In this document: in pieces, positions 1-10,077 of the stretch
Position numbering within the stretch: the first letter of the stretch is position 1
Layout: every line of letters begins with the position of its first letter
Assembly (NCBI RefSeq): GCF_015665295.1
Contig: NZ_JADFAJ010000011.1
Coordinates: 21,652-85,651 of the forward strand
Direction of reading: 5' to 3'
Source of the DNA: Maricaulis sp.
GTDB lineage: Bacteria > Pseudomonadota > Alphaproteobacteria > Caulobacterales > Maricaulaceae
Length of the DNA stretch: 64,000 bases
The notes under the pieces: generated by a model
Databases searched by the model: none
What the model was told of the DNA's origin: nothing
What the model saw: the letters and a program-made list of their open reading frames with translations, nothing else
Position numbers and translations under genes: made by a program

Positions 1-364
1 CGACGACGCGATAGGCCAGCGGGTCGCTGCGGACCTTGCGGTCATTGGCCAGCGCATAGGCGCAATGCCCGTCATAGGCCGGCGCATAGCGGGCCGGGTT
101 GGCGACGAACAGGTCACGATTGGCCTCGCTGGCGAAGAACCAGGTCACGCCATTGAAGTCCGCCGTGATGCTCTCCCGGCCCTGCAGCGGCATGTCTTCC
201 GTGTGATAGCTGACCACGTCATAGCCCCCCACGGGACGGCCTTCGCGATCAACAAAGGGCTCACCGGCATCGGCGAACCCGACAAGAAAAACCGTCGCCA
301 GGACAAGATTGGCGAGGCCCAGTGCAAGGCGGAGGAGAGATTTCGCAGTAAGGATGGCGGTCAT
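1..364 (-). CDS. YHS domain-containing protein (3' end cut by window edge)
   Basis: My own minus-strand translation from the ATG at 362-364 gives MTAILTAKSLLRLALGLANLVLATVFLVGFADAGEPFVDREGRPVGGYDVVSYHTEDMPLQGRESITADFNGVTWFFASEANRDLFVANPARYAPAYDGHCAYALAN... It has a hydrophobic N-terminus followed by a YHS-type pattern (GYDVVSY ... WFFAS..N...F..NP..Y.P.Y.GHCAY). It is absent from the ORF track because it runs off the edge. Confidence 0.7.
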   Translation of the reverse strand, partial: MTAILTAKSLLRLALGLANLVLATVFLVGFADAGEPFVDREGRPVGGYDVVSYHTEDMPLQGRESITADFNGVTWFFASEANRDLFVANPARYAPAYDGHCAYALANDRKVRSDPLAYRVV

Positions 365-548
365 GGTCTTTTCCCGTGCAGCGGTCACGACTAGCTTGGC
401 GCAGATATGGGCTGCAAAGGCTTTGGGTGATAGTCCACGAGACGACACATCCGGTCACGGACGCGCCGGGCCGTTGTGATCCATCGTGAACGCGCAGCCC
501 CTCACGGCCGATCTGCACCCCGGGACGGAAACTCAACGAGGACACGCC

Positions 549-782
549 ATGCCCATGCCTGCCGACGACATCATTGCCCTGATCAAGGCCGGCATCCCGG
601 ATGCCGAGATCGAGATGACCGACCTGGCCGGTGACAATGATCACTGGAAGGCTGTGGTCACGGCCGAGAGCTTCCGCGGCAAGCTGCGCGTCGCCCAGCA
701 TCAGATGGTCTACGCCGCGCTCGGCGAGAAGATGGGCGGCGAGCTGCATGCGCTGGCGCTGGAAACGCGGACGCCCGGCTGA
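549..782 (+). CDS. BolA-family protein
   Basis: The product is 77 aa from the internal ATG at 549 (GAGGA upstream) of ORF 486..782. It contains ...DNDHWKAVVTAESFRGKLRVAQHQMVYAALGEKMGGELHAL, which is BolA/IbaG-like. A monothiol glutaredoxin lies nearby, the usual partner. Confidence 0.8.
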   Translation: MPMPADDIIALIKAGIPDAEIEMTDLAGDNDHWKAVVTAESFRGKLRVAQHQMVYAALGEKMGGELHALALETRTPG

Positions 783-1609
783 TGATCGAGGCGGACGGCT
801 TCTCGCGCCTGGGCTTCGGCGTCACCGGTCCGCATGCCGGGCTTGGCACCGGGCGCAGCGCCACGACACGCCTGATCCACCAGGCAATCGATCTCGGCGT
901 CACCCTGTTCGACACCGGTCCCGCCTATGGCAGGGGCGAAGCGGAAAACCGTCTCGGCACCGCCCTCAGGAGCGTGCCCCGCAACAAGGTCTTCGTCGCG
1001 ACCAAGGCGGGCGTCCAGGCCGGCGGCTATCGCGACTTCTCGGCCGGCGCGGTTGAAATGTCGCTGCGCGATTCCCTGAAACGCCTGCAGCGGGATCATG
1101 TCGATCTTCTGCTCCTGCATGGCCCCTCGCCAGACGAGCTAACCGACAGGCTGATCCGCCGCCTGCAGGCTTTCCGGGATCGCGGCATGATCCGCCATAT
1201 CGGCGTGTGCGGCCGCGGCGCCGAACTGGACCGGGCCATCGAGCTGGGCGTGTTCGACGCCCTCATGGCGCCGGTCCACGCCGGCATCAGCGTGCCCGAA
1301 CAGCAGCGCCTCGAGCGCGCCCGAACGGCCGGCCTTTCGGTGATCGGCATCGAAGCCATGGCCGGCGCGGCCCGGCCCACCGGCCTGCCCGCTTCGCGCG
1401 GCGATCTGTGGTATCTGGCGCGCCAGGTCAAACGGCGCCTGCGACGCGATCCACCTGTCGTGGCCGGCACGAGTCCGGTTGACGGCCTGCGCTGGGCACT
1501 CTCGCAGCCCTTCGCCGACAGTGTCATCTGCCTGACCACACGTCCGGCCCACCTGGCCGCCAATGCGGCACTGGTCGCCGCTCTTGAAGCCGGGCAGCCG
1601 ACGTCCTAG
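782..1609 (+). CDS. aldo/keto reductase family oxidoreductase
   Basis: This 275-aa ORF contains [28 protein letters not shown] and DLLLLHGP motifs typical of AKRs. Its start overlaps the bolA stop (TGATG). Confidence 0.75.
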   Translation: MIEADGFSRLGFGVTGPHAGLGTGRSATTRLIHQAIDLGVTLFDTGPAYGRGEAENRLGTALRSVPRNKVFVATKAGVQAGGYRDFSAGAVEMSLRDSLKRLQRDHVDLLLLHGPSPDELTDRLIRRLQAFRDRGMIRHIGVCGRGAELDRAIELGVFDALMAPVHAGISVPEQQRLERARTAGLSVIGIEAMAGAARPTGLPASRGDLWYLARQVKRRLRRDPPVVAGTSPVDGLRWALSQPFADSVICLTTRPAHLAANAALVAALEAGQPTS

Positions 1610-1641
1610 CTATCGACAAGGTTTACCCGAGGAGTTCAGCC

Positions 1642-1974
1642 ATGTCCGTGACCGCCCAGGACAGCATCAAGTCGACCATCGACACTAACGACGTCGTTCT
1701 CTTCATGAAGGGCACGCCGGTCTTTCCGCAATGCGGCTTTTCCTCGGTGGTGGCGCGCGTCCTGGATCATCTCCAGGTCAGTTTCGAAAGCGTCAACGTG
1801 CTCGAGGATGACGGCATTCGCCAGGGCATCAAGGAATTCTCGAACTGGCCGACCATTCCCCAGCTCTATGTGAAGGGGGAATTCCTTGGCGGCTGTGACA
1901 TTATCAAGGAAATGTTCGAGACCGGTGAGCTTCAGGCCTATTTCAAGGACAAGGGCGTCATCGACGCCGCGTGA
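1642..1974 (+). CDS. grxD: monothiol glutaredoxin (Grx4 family)
   Basis: The 110-aa product carries the CGFS active site ([14 protein letters not shown]) and [19 protein letters not shown]. Confidence 0.92.
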   Translation: MSVTAQDSIKSTIDTNDVVLFMKGTPVFPQCGFSSVVARVLDHLQVSFESVNVLEDDGIRQGIKEFSNWPTIPQLYVKGEFLGGCDIIKEMFETGELQAYFKDKGVIDAA

Positions 1975-2321
1975 TCGCTGGCCGTCGAGCGGCGTGACCG
2001 CTTCGGCGCCATCCGGCTCCCCAAACTGGCCATGTCATCCCGGCCCGCATTGAAGCGGGCCCTCGCCTTGCCCTGTCCCCGAGCGCCGTGAAACCCCGTC
2101 CCCGGTGCAAGCAGCGATGATGGCCCGCGCTCGCGGGCTGGCATTGACCGTGTGGAAATCGCGCAAGGGAAAGCGGCGGCAACGGGTCCGACTGAAGCGA
2201 CGAGCGGCGCGCTGTGGGGCAATTTCCCCCGACCTATTCCATGTTCGGCGTCATCAATGCCGCCGCGCGCCTGTCATCGGGCCGGGCCGCCCGTGCTCGA
2301 GCATGCCTGTGGCCGCGTGCC

Positions 2322-2849
2322 CTAGCGGCGCGTTGCAACATGGGTACGGTCTTCATTCCAGTCCCAGGGACGCTCGGTATCAACCGGATTGAGCACGATC
2401 ACCTGGCCGCCGATCGGCACGCCGAGTTCCTCGAAACCGAAACCGAGCTGGGTGCCCCAGGGCACGTCGGTGGCGCACAGGTCGGGCGACTGGCGCGTCA
2501 GGCGCACCGTGTAGATTTCATCATGATATTGCTGGACATCGACCCGGAAATCCGCGCGCGAGGTACAGCCATTCGTATCGGCATGGACGATCAGGATATC
2601 GTCCTCGATCACGCGCCAGTAGATGATGTCCTCCAGCGACGGGTCCGGCGCCGGTGCCTGACGGCTGGTGCCGGGAATGCGCATGTCGGAGATATTGATC
2701 GTCGGCAGGGCCGGCATCGCCGGCATGGCCGGCAGGCTGGGCAGGAGACTGCGCCTGGCCTCGACCTGCGGATCCCCGCTCGTTGCACATGCCGAAAGTG
2801 ACACTGCCAGCCCCAAACCGGCCAATACGCCCCGCCAACGTCCTGTCAT
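2322..2849 (-). CDS. hypothetical lipoprotein
   Basis: Internal start MTGRWRGVLAGLGLAVSLSAC of ORF 2322..2954 gives a lipobox (LSAC). No family was recognised. Confidence 0.5.
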   Translation of the reverse strand: MTGRWRGVLAGLGLAVSLSACATSGDPQVEARRSLLPSLPAMPAMPALPTINISDMRIPGTSRQAPAPDPSLEDIIYWRVIEDDILIVHADTNGCTSRADFRVDVQQYHDEIYTVRLTRQSPDLCATDVPWGTQLGFGFEELGVPIGGQVIVLNPVDTERPWDWNEDRTHVATRR

Positions 2850-3044
2850 CCTTGCCCCCAAAGACAGCCCCGATACGCATCCGGATCCCGCATATTGCCC
2901 CCGCGGCCCCGAACGATGCGCCATACAATCAGGGATTAACGCCAGATCAACCATGGACTCGTGAGACGCGAATTCCCGAAGTGATATGCTGCAAGAGCGG
3001 GCAGGTCTGCGTGCGGGCCAGGCAGCGACTGCGGCGCGTCCACG

Positions 3045-3080
3045 AAAAAGGCCGCCCCGGTTTCCCGGAGCGGCCTTTTT
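3045..3080 (-). terminator. Rho-independent terminator downstream of rpsD
   Basis: The sequence aaaaaggccgccccggtttcccggagcggccttttt forms a GC stem flanked by A-run and T-run. On the minus strand the hairpin is followed by TTTTT, 22 nt after the rpsD stop. Confidence 0.75.
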
Positions 3081-3101
3081 GCACGGTCGATTTTCGTCCT
3101 C

Positions 3102-3719
3102 TTACGAGGAGTAGAATTCGATGACCAGGTTCGGTTCCATCTGCACCGCGTACGGCACTTCGGAGAATTCCGGCATGCGGGTGAAGGTAGCCTTCATCGC
3201 CTTGGGGTCGAGATCGACATAATCGGGAACATCACGTTCCGGGCTTTCCAGGGCTTCCAGGACCAGCGCCATCGAGCGCGAACGCTCGCGGACTTCGATC
3301 ACGTCGCCCGGCTTGCAGCGGTAGGACGGGATGTTGACCTTGATGCCATTGACCTTGACGTGGCCGTGATTGACGAACTGGCGCGCGGCGAAGACCGTCG
3401 GCACGAACTTGCAGCGGTAGACGATGGCGTCCAGGCGGCTTTCCAGCAGACCGATCAGAAGCTCGGCGGTGTTACCCTTGCGGCGGGAAGCTTCGTCATA
3501 GGTACGACGGAACTGCTTCTCGGTGATGTTGCCGTAATAGCCCTTCAGCTTCTGCTTCGCCATGAGCTGAAGACCGAAATCGGACATCTTGGTCTTGCGG
3601 CGCTGACCATGCTGGCCGGGGCCATAGGAGCGCGAGTTGACCGGAGACTTCGGACGGCCCCACAGGTTTTCACCCATGCGGCGGTCAATCTTGTATTTCT
3701 GCGAATGACGCTTCGACAT
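3102..3719 (-). CDS. rpsD: 30S ribosomal protein S4
   Basis: The 205-aa product begins [41 protein letters not shown]... and is a full-length S4. Confidence 0.97.
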   Translation of the reverse strand: MSKRHSQKYKIDRRMGENLWGRPKSPVNSRSYGPGQHGQRRKTKMSDFGLQLMAKQKLKGYYGNITEKQFRRTYDEASRRKGNTAELLIGLLESRLDAIVYRCKFVPTVFAARQFVNHGHVKVNGIKVNIPSYRCKPGDVIEVRERSRSMALVLEALESPERDVPDYVDLDPKAMKATFTRMPEFSEVPYAVQMEPNLVIEFYSS

Positions 3720-4067
3720 TCTGGTCTCTCTATATGCTTGATGCGGACCGGCAACCTCACGATTGAGATTGCGTTTGCAACGGCGGCGCTCGCATCACCC
3801 GTAATGATTTCCCCGGCCCAGGCGCACCTGTTCCGAAGGAAGCGCGGGTTTTACCTGTGTGGACAGGGATGTCAATGCCCGGGCTGTCGTTGTGGGACGG
3901 GTCAAGCGGGCGTGAAAGCGCCTGTGATCCCCCCGGGCGGCGCCTCGCGGGGCATCCGGGCGCGACGCGCCCCACCAACCCGCTGTTCTCCTGAAGGAAT
4001 TCAGTCAGTCGGGACATCCCCTGTGGAACAACTTGCGGCCTGCCGCAATCCTTCCTACCTCACCGCC

Positions 4068-5177
4068 ATGCGCCAGCTCCTTTTGCCTGCCCTCGCCGCC
4101 TGTGTTTTCAACGTCGCCGCCCTGGCGCAGACGGACCAGGGCGACCAGATCCAGACGCGCCTCGACGCCGCCATCGCCGACGATGCCGCACCCGGCCTTT
4201 CGGCCACACTCCTCGCGGCCGACGGGGCGCGCATCGACCACCAGTCAGGGTTTGCGGACCGGCGTGGGCACGTGCCGGTCGACACGGACACCCGCTTTCT
4301 TTCCGGCAGTGTCGGCAAGACCATCACTGCCCTCCTCGCCGTCCAGCTGGCCAATGATGGCGTGCTTGATCTCGACGCTCCGGTTGCCCCCTGGCTTTCC
4401 GGCCATGACTGGTGGCCCCGCCTGGCCAACCACGACGCCCTCACCCTGCGCCGCCTGCTCAATCATTCCGCCGGCGTGCCGGACTATCTCGAGGATATCG
4501 ACTTCTTCCTGGCCGGACTGACCCGTGGCGCGCGCGGCTTCACCCCGGAAGAGACAGTGGGCTTTGTCGCCGGTGACGGGCCGGAGGGCCCACCGGGGGC
4601 GCATTTTTCCTACTCGGACACCGACTACATTCTGGTCGGTCTGGTCATCGAGGCCGTAACGGGCGAGGACTTCTACGATCTCGCCCAACGCCGGGTCATC
4701 GGGCCATTGGAGCTTGAACGGACCGAACCGCTGCAGGGGCGGGTGTTCGACGATCTCGCCGACGGCCGTCGCGGCGGTCTTTTCGGGCGCCGCACGACCG
4801 CGCGCAACGGACGCCTCAATGAAAATCTCGATCATGAATGGACAGCGGGTGGATGGGTCACCACGCCGGGCGATCTGGCGCAGCTCTACCGCTCACTGGG
4901 CGAGAACGGCCTGTTCGCCGCCGAAGGCGCGGAGATGCGGCTTGATCCCAACCCGCTGAACGCGACAGGCACCAGCGGTTATGGTCTGGGCCTCTATGTC
5001 CGCCTGCGCGATGACGGGACCTATCGCATCGCGCATGGCGGCGATTTCGGGGGCTACCGCTCGGCGGCGATGTATGACAGCGGGTCCGGACTGGCGCTCG
5101 CTGTGCAAGCCAATGACAAGCGCTTCGAGGCGCCGGACATGGCCGCCACACTGCTCGATCTGCTGGGCGAGAACTAG
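4068..5177 (+). CDS. serine hydrolase (beta-lactamase/class C-like fold)
   Basis: The in-frame ATG at 4068 gives the signal peptide MRQLLLPALAACVFNVAALAQ. An SxxK motif is present (SGSVGKT). The upstream part of ORF 3360..5177 is antisense to rpsD and was rejected. Confidence 0.75.
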   Translation: MRQLLLPALAACVFNVAALAQTDQGDQIQTRLDAAIADDAAPGLSATLLAADGARIDHQSGFADRRGHVPVDTDTRFLSGSVGKTITALLAVQLANDGVLDLDAPVAPWLSGHDWWPRLANHDALTLRRLLNHSAGVPDYLEDIDFFLAGLTRGARGFTPEETVGFVAGDGPEGPPGAHFSYSDTDYILVGLVIEAVTGEDFYDLAQRRVIGPLELERTEPLQGRVFDDLADGRRGGLFGRRTTARNGRLNENLDHEWTAGGWVTTPGDLAQLYRSLGENGLFAAEGAEMRLDPNPLNATGTSGYGLGLYVRLRDDGTYRIAHGGDFGGYRSAAMYDSGSGLALAVQANDKRFEAPDMAATLLDLLGEN

Positions 5178-6040
5178 CCGCGCGCGAGCACGCTGCCGAG
5201 GCGGCGCTGGAATCCGGCATTGCCCCATTCGGAGGTATAGGCCGTGGCCTTCGCCTTGGCCTCACCCAACGAGACGCCCCAGAAACCCGCAAGGGTCACC
5301 GCGTCATTGAAATCGAGTCCGGTATCAACCCAGCTGCACTGAACGGACGCCGCCGTCGAGGCGATGTCCACGTCCACAAGGTCTGTGATCCCGCCGGCAA
5401 TCTTCTGGCCGATCACGGTCTTGGCTGACCCGACATCCGTACCCCAGACCCGGGCGACCTTGAGCGCGTCGCAATAACCGTAATCGCTGTTGAAGAATAA
5501 TTGCTGGTAAGCGCCGTCGTTTCCGGACGGGTTTTGCGGGGGCGCCGAATTGAGGACATGCGCCATGGCCCGCCTGAAACCCTTATGGCCGAGATCAGTC
5601 GCGATATCCCCGGACTTTGCCTTGGCCTCGCCGGGACTGCGACCCCAGTAATCGGCCAGTGCCACGGCCTGTTCCCAGCTCAGGCCCAGCTCGCCCCAGT
5701 CACAGGCGACCCGGCCGGCTGTCGAAGCGATATCGGCATCGACGAGGTCGGTCAGCCCATTGGCGATCTTGCCGCCGATAATCGCCTTGGCGGCAAAGGG
5801 GCTGGTTTTCCAGACATCGGCAACCTTGCGGGCATCGCAATAGCCATACTCGCTGGAAAAGAACAGGTCGAGACGGGCGGCCTCGTCCTGGCCAAACGCC
5901 AGACCGGCTGACGACACGGCGAGAAGGGCCGACATATCCGCGCCGGGCAGCGCAATGTCCGCCCCCGCCACTTCGGCCTGGGCCGATGCTCCGACAAGCG
6001 AGACCAGAGCCAGTGCACTCATGACCGACGTGTTCGACAT
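5174..6040 (-). CDS. secreted protein of unknown function with two tandem ~105-aa Cys-containing domains
   Basis: The start at ATG 6038-6040 is preceded by GGGGGA. The signal peptide is MSNTSVMSALALVSLVGASAQA. There are two internal repeats (LFFSSEYGYCDARKVADVW...RVACDW... and LFFNSDYGYCDALKVARVW...SVQCSW...). Confidence 0.6.
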   Translation of the reverse strand: MSNTSVMSALALVSLVGASAQAEVAGADIALPGADMSALLAVSSAGLAFGQDEAARLDLFFSSEYGYCDARKVADVWKTSPFAAKAIIGGKIANGLTDLVDADIASTAGRVACDWGELGLSWEQAVALADYWGRSPGEAKAKSGDIATDLGHKGFRRAMAHVLNSAPPQNPSGNDGAYQQLFFNSDYGYCDALKVARVWGTDVGSAKTVIGQKIAGGITDLVDVDIASTAASVQCSWVDTGLDFNDAVTLAGFWGVSLGEAKAKATAYTSEWGNAGFQRRLGSVLARG

Positions 6041-6197
6041 TTCAATTCCCCCGGATTTCAATCCTGCCCAGCCTTAACCGCGTTGGCCGGGCCCGGCAAT
6101 CAGAATGCGTCCACCGCCTGACATGCGGACTCCCGCACCGGCCGGATCGCTGCCAGATTGCCCGAACCGGATCAGGCGAAAGAGGGCGGAGACAGAC

Positions 6198-7283
6198 ATG
6201 GCAGACCCGACGCGCCGTCCCTGGAAGACGGGATTCGAGATCGAGCTGATGGCCCCGCGCGGGCTCAGCCGCCGCGATCTCGCCGCCCGGATCGCAAACC
6301 GGGTGGGCGGCCGCGTCCACACCGTCTTCTACCCGCAATCCGAACCCAGCCTTGTTCCCGGCATGCCGGTCTTTGAAAACCTCGTCCTGGGTTTCGAGGT
6401 GTTGAGCGCCGCCGGCGAGCGGGTTGCCCTGTGCGTCGATGACCTCACCCTGCGCGACGGGCTGGACCCGCAGGCCGCGCCGCTGCCTGGCTGGATGCGG
6501 ATCCTCAGCGATGATGCCCGCCTCCTCGCCCTGGTGACCGAACATTGCGACCCGGACGCTGACACGGGGAATGTCCTGACGCCCATCGCGACGCTGTTCG
6601 GAACCCGGCTTGAACACACCGAGGGCGGGATCGCCAAGGTGGTCGACCGAGCCGCCCGCTCGATCGCCATGGTCGCGCCCCTGCCCGGCGAGCGGGAACG
6701 GCCCTGCGAGCTGATCACCCCGCCCTATGAGCGTGATCCCGGTTCGGCGCTGGCCGCCCTGCTTGAAGATGCCCGGGCGCTGGGTTTCACGGTACCGGCC
6801 GAAGCCGCTGTCCACGTGCATTTCGACGCCGCACCGCTGCGCTCTGCCCGCACCCTGTCCCGCCTCGTCACCTTTCTGGCCCGCCATGGCGACGAGCTGC
6901 GACACCGGGTCGGCACCAATCCGCGCTGCGTCCGCCTCGGACCCATTGCCGACACCCTCGTCGATCTGGCCAGCTCAAAGGCTTTCCTGGCCGCTGACTG
7001 GGATAAGGCCCGCGCCATGCTGATCGAGGCCAAGCCGACCAAATATGCCGATTTCAACTTCCTGAACCTGGCCCACGAACTGCCCGGCAAGACGACCTTC
7101 GAAGCCCGGATCTTCCCGGGCTCGATGGATCTCGACGAAATACTGCGCAATGCGCGGTTGATGGAGTCGGTGCTGGGCTGGGCTGCGGGCGATGATGCTG
7201 AACCGGGCGGTGACCGCTTCTGCGGGTCGCTGGGCTTGTCAGCGGCAGACCGGGCGTTCTGGGAAGACCGGGCGGACCCGTAA
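6198..7283 (+). CDS. putative amidoligase (Amidoligase_2 / GS-like fold family)
   Basis: The start at ATG 6198 is preceded by agagggcgga. Motifs occur in the order expected for the putative amidoligase family: KTGFEIEL near the N-terminus, RPCELITPP, AAVHVHFD, TTFEARIFPGS. Confidence 0.55.
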   Translation: MADPTRRPWKTGFEIELMAPRGLSRRDLAARIANRVGGRVHTVFYPQSEPSLVPGMPVFENLVLGFEVLSAAGERVALCVDDLTLRDGLDPQAAPLPGWMRILSDDARLLALVTEHCDPDADTGNVLTPIATLFGTRLEHTEGGIAKVVDRAARSIAMVAPLPGERERPCELITPPYERDPGSALAALLEDARALGFTVPAEAAVHVHFDAAPLRSARTLSRLVTFLARHGDELRHRVGTNPRCVRLGPIADTLVDLASSKAFLAADWDKARAMLIEAKPTKYADFNFLNLAHELPGKTTFEARIFPGSMDLDEILRNARLMESVLGWAAGDDAEPGGDRFCGSLGLSAADRAFWEDRADP

Positions 7284-7301
7284 AGGGCCTGTCTGCGCGC
7301 C

Positions 7302-8051
7302 CTAATCCTCGCGCACCACCCGCGCCTTGCCGCGGCCGAGCGCCAGCGCTTTCACGGCGCCGCGGAAGGTGCGGACTTCCTGCTCGGTCCAGCGGCCGCG
7401 GATGAAGGCGTTGCGGAGATTCTGGACCATGAGCGGGGTTTTTGACGGCGGGTGGAAGAAGCCGGCGCGGTCGAGCTCATGCTCGAAATGCTCGAACATG
7501 CGTTCCAGGTCTTCTCGCTTTGCAATGTCGGAAACCGGTTCGAACACGGCCGGAACGCCTTCGCCGGCCGTCCATTCATAGGCGATGACGGCGACCGCCT
7601 GGGCCAGGTTGAGCGAGGAGAAGGTGCGGTCGACCGGCAGGGTGATGATGACATCGGCCATGTTGACCGCCTCATTGGGCAGGCCGGACTTCTCGCCGCC
7701 GAACATCACCGCGAGCCTTTCGCCCGCAGCGATGGCTGCCTTCATGTCGCTGACCGCCTCGCGCGCCGTCATCACCGGCTTTTCCATCCCGCGCGGCCGG
7801 GCGGTGGTGGCATAGAGGCGGGTGCGGTCATGAATCGCATCGCCGAGGCGGTATTCCACCCGGGCATTGCCGAGCACCGGTGAACCGGCCGACATGGTCA
7901 CCGCCTTGTCGTTTGGCCAGCCATCACGCGGATCGACAATGATCAGCTCGGGCAGGCCGAAATTCCCCATCACACGGGCTGCCGCACCGATATTCTCGCC
8001 GAGCTGGGGCGTGTGCAGTATGAAAGCGGGTGTGGCGGAAATTTCTGGCAT
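7302..8051 (-). CDS. SpoU/TrmH-family RNA 2'-O-methyltransferase (TrmJ-like)
   Basis: The 249-aa product contains FILHTPQLGENIGAAARVMGNFGL..LIIV and LFGGEKSGL...IPV...SLNLAQAVAVIAYEW, which are SPOUT class motifs. Confidence 0.8.
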   Translation of the reverse strand: MPEISATPAFILHTPQLGENIGAAARVMGNFGLPELIIVDPRDGWPNDKAVTMSAGSPVLGNARVEYRLGDAIHDRTRLYATTARPRGMEKPVMTAREAVSDMKAAIAAGERLAVMFGGEKSGLPNEAVNMADVIITLPVDRTFSSLNLAQAVAVIAYEWTAGEGVPAVFEPVSDIAKREDLERMFEHFEHELDRAGFFHPPSKTPLMVQNLRNAFIRGRWTEQEVRTFRGAVKALALGRGKARVVRED

Positions 8052-8160
8052 GGAAGCGGGCCTTCACCTTGGCGCGCACCGATGCTAGAGAGCGCGCAAA
8101 TGACTTGTCAGCGCTGTCCTAGCGCGACTTCCGACTGTCCGAAAAGAAAGCAGAGCACCC

Positions 8161-9384
8161 ATGGCGAAGATCAAAGTCGATACCCCGGTCGTCGAACTCG
8201 ACGGCGATGAGATGACCCGCATCATCTGGCAGCTGATCAAGGACAAGCTGATCCTGCCCTATCTCGACATTGATCTGAAGTATTACGATCTCTCGGTCAC
8301 CAAGCGTGACGAGACGGACGACCAGATCACCATCGACGCTGCCGAGGCGATCAAGCATTACGGTGTCGGCGTGAAATGCGCCACCATCACCCCGGACGAA
8401 GCCCGTGTGGAAGAGTTCGGCCTCAAGAAGATGTGGCGCTCGCCGAACGGCACGATCCGCAACATCCTCGGCGGCGTTGTCTTCCGCGAGCCGATCGTGA
8501 TCTCCAACGTGCCGCGCCTGGTGCCGGGCTGGCAGCAGCCGATGGTGATCGGCCGTCACGCCTTTGGTGACCAGTATCGCGCCACCGATTTCCTGGTCGA
8601 CCGTCCGGGCAAGCTGACCATGACTTTCGAGCCGTCCGACGGCTCCGATCCAGTCACCCGCGAAGTCTTCGACTTCCCGTCCCCGGGCGTCGCCATGGGC
8701 ATGTATAATCTCGACGACTCGATCCGCGATTTTGCCCGCGCCTCGCTCAATTACGGCCTGCAGCGCGGCTGGCCGGTCTACCTGTCGACCAAGAACACCA
8801 TCCTCAAGGCCTATGACGGCCGCTTCAAGGACCTGTTCGAGGAAATCTACCAGGCCGAGTTCAAGGACGCCTTCGCCGAGAAGGGCATCTCCTATGAGCA
8901 CCGCCTGATCGACGACATGGTCGCCGCCGCGATGAAATGGTCCGGCGGTTTCGTCTGGGCCTGCAAGAACTATGACGGCGACGTCCAGTCCGACACCGTG
9001 GCCCAGGGCTTTGGTTCGCTCGGCCTGATGACCTCGGTCCTGATGAGCCCGGATGGCAAGACGGTGGAAGCGGAAGCCGCCCACGGCACGGTCACCCGCC
9101 ACTACCGCCAGCATCAGCGCGGCGAGCAGACCTCGACCAACTCCATCGCCTCCATCTTCGCCTGGACGCAGGGCCTCAGCCATCGCGGCCGCATGGACGG
9201 CAATGCCGATGTGATGAAGTTCGCAGCGACGCTGGAAGACACCATCATCAAGACGGTCGAAGCCGGCTTCATGACCAAGGACCTGGCCCTGCTGGTCGGC
9301 GAAAGCCAGGGCTGGCTGTCGACCGAGGGCTTCCTCGACAAGGTCGACGAACGCTTCCAGGTCGCGATGGCCAACTGGAAGTAA
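8161..9384 (+). CDS. icd: NADP-dependent isocitrate dehydrogenase (homodimeric, eukaryote-like type)
   Basis: The 407-aa product contains [23 protein letters not shown]...[14 protein letters not shown]...TVTRHYR. Confidence 0.95.
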   Translation: MAKIKVDTPVVELDGDEMTRIIWQLIKDKLILPYLDIDLKYYDLSVTKRDETDDQITIDAAEAIKHYGVGVKCATITPDEARVEEFGLKKMWRSPNGTIRNILGGVVFREPIVISNVPRLVPGWQQPMVIGRHAFGDQYRATDFLVDRPGKLTMTFEPSDGSDPVTREVFDFPSPGVAMGMYNLDDSIRDFARASLNYGLQRGWPVYLSTKNTILKAYDGRFKDLFEEIYQAEFKDAFAEKGISYEHRLIDDMVAAAMKWSGGFVWACKNYDGDVQSDTVAQGFGSLGLMTSVLMSPDGKTVEAEAAHGTVTRHYRQHQRGEQTSTNSIASIFAWTQGLSHRGRMDGNADVMKFAATLEDTIIKTVEAGFMTKDLALLVGESQGWLSTEGFLDKVDERFQVAMANWK

Positions 9385-9410
9385 GCGCCACCATCACGGC
9401 GACAATGACA

Positions 9411-9441
9411 GGGGCGGCTCCGACGGGGCCGCCCTTTTTCT
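9411..9441 (+). terminator. Rho-independent terminator after icd
   Basis: The hairpin ggggcggctccgacggggccgccc is followed by tttttctt, 27 nt after the stop. Confidence 0.7.
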
Positions 9442-9687
9442 TGTGTGTGGGGGGCTGGTCGGTTGTTTGCGGATGGCGCCCGGTTCGAAGCTCCGCCCGA
9501 ACACTTTCGCGGCGGCATCCTGACCAACCGGATTGAACGGATCGGACAGCCGGTGAACGGTATTATGCATGGCGACGGATCAGTCCGACATCAGGATGCA
9601 TTTCGAAACGGGTTGAAATCTGGCGCCATCAGATAATATGACCAATAGGCCCCGCCATCTCTGACACCCCAAGCCCTGTGCCGAAGA

Positions 9688-10077
9688 ATGAATGCGGATT
9701 TCGAATTCGACCCTGACAACGGTCTCTGTATTTACCGGATTTCGGGCGTGATCAGCGCCAGAGCCCTGCTGAATACGTTCGCCCGCGCCCGATCGCACCC
9801 GGACTGGTCGGACCGCTACGACTTCCTCACCCTGCTTTCCAACGCCTCCCTCGCCCAGCTTCCGGCCGACGCCATGACGCGGCTGCAGGTACAGATGGCC
9901 GACGCTGATCCGGTCAACAAGGGGCCGCGCCGGCGTGCCGCCATCGTCTACGATGACGACCTGTCCAGGGCCATGCTGACCTATTGGGAGATGGTCGCCG
10001 GGAAAACCCTGACGACCGACGAGCGGGTCTTCACCAGCGAGGTCAAAGCCCGCGCCTGGTTGTCTGAACCGCGCTGA
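9688..10077 (+). CDS. hypothetical protein
   Basis: This 129-aa ORF has protein-like composition and no competing ORF. No family was recognised with confidence. Confidence 0.45.
   Translation: MNADFEFDPDNGLCIYRISGVISARALLNTFARARSHPDWSDRYDFLTLLSNASLAQLPADAMTRLQVQMADADPVNKGPRRRAAIVYDDDLSRAMLTYWEMVAGKTLTTDERVFTSEVKARAWLSEPR

Noticed and set aside
3360-4067. The N-terminal 236 codons of track ORF 3360..5177.
   Set aside because: This part overlaps rpsD in antisense and an intergenic region. The hydrolase has a proper signal peptide starting at the ATG at 4068.
8119-9183. A 354-aa ORF antisense to icd.
   Set aside because: It is a shadow ORF. The icd frame gives a full-length, highly recognisable IDH, while the antisense product is low complexity.
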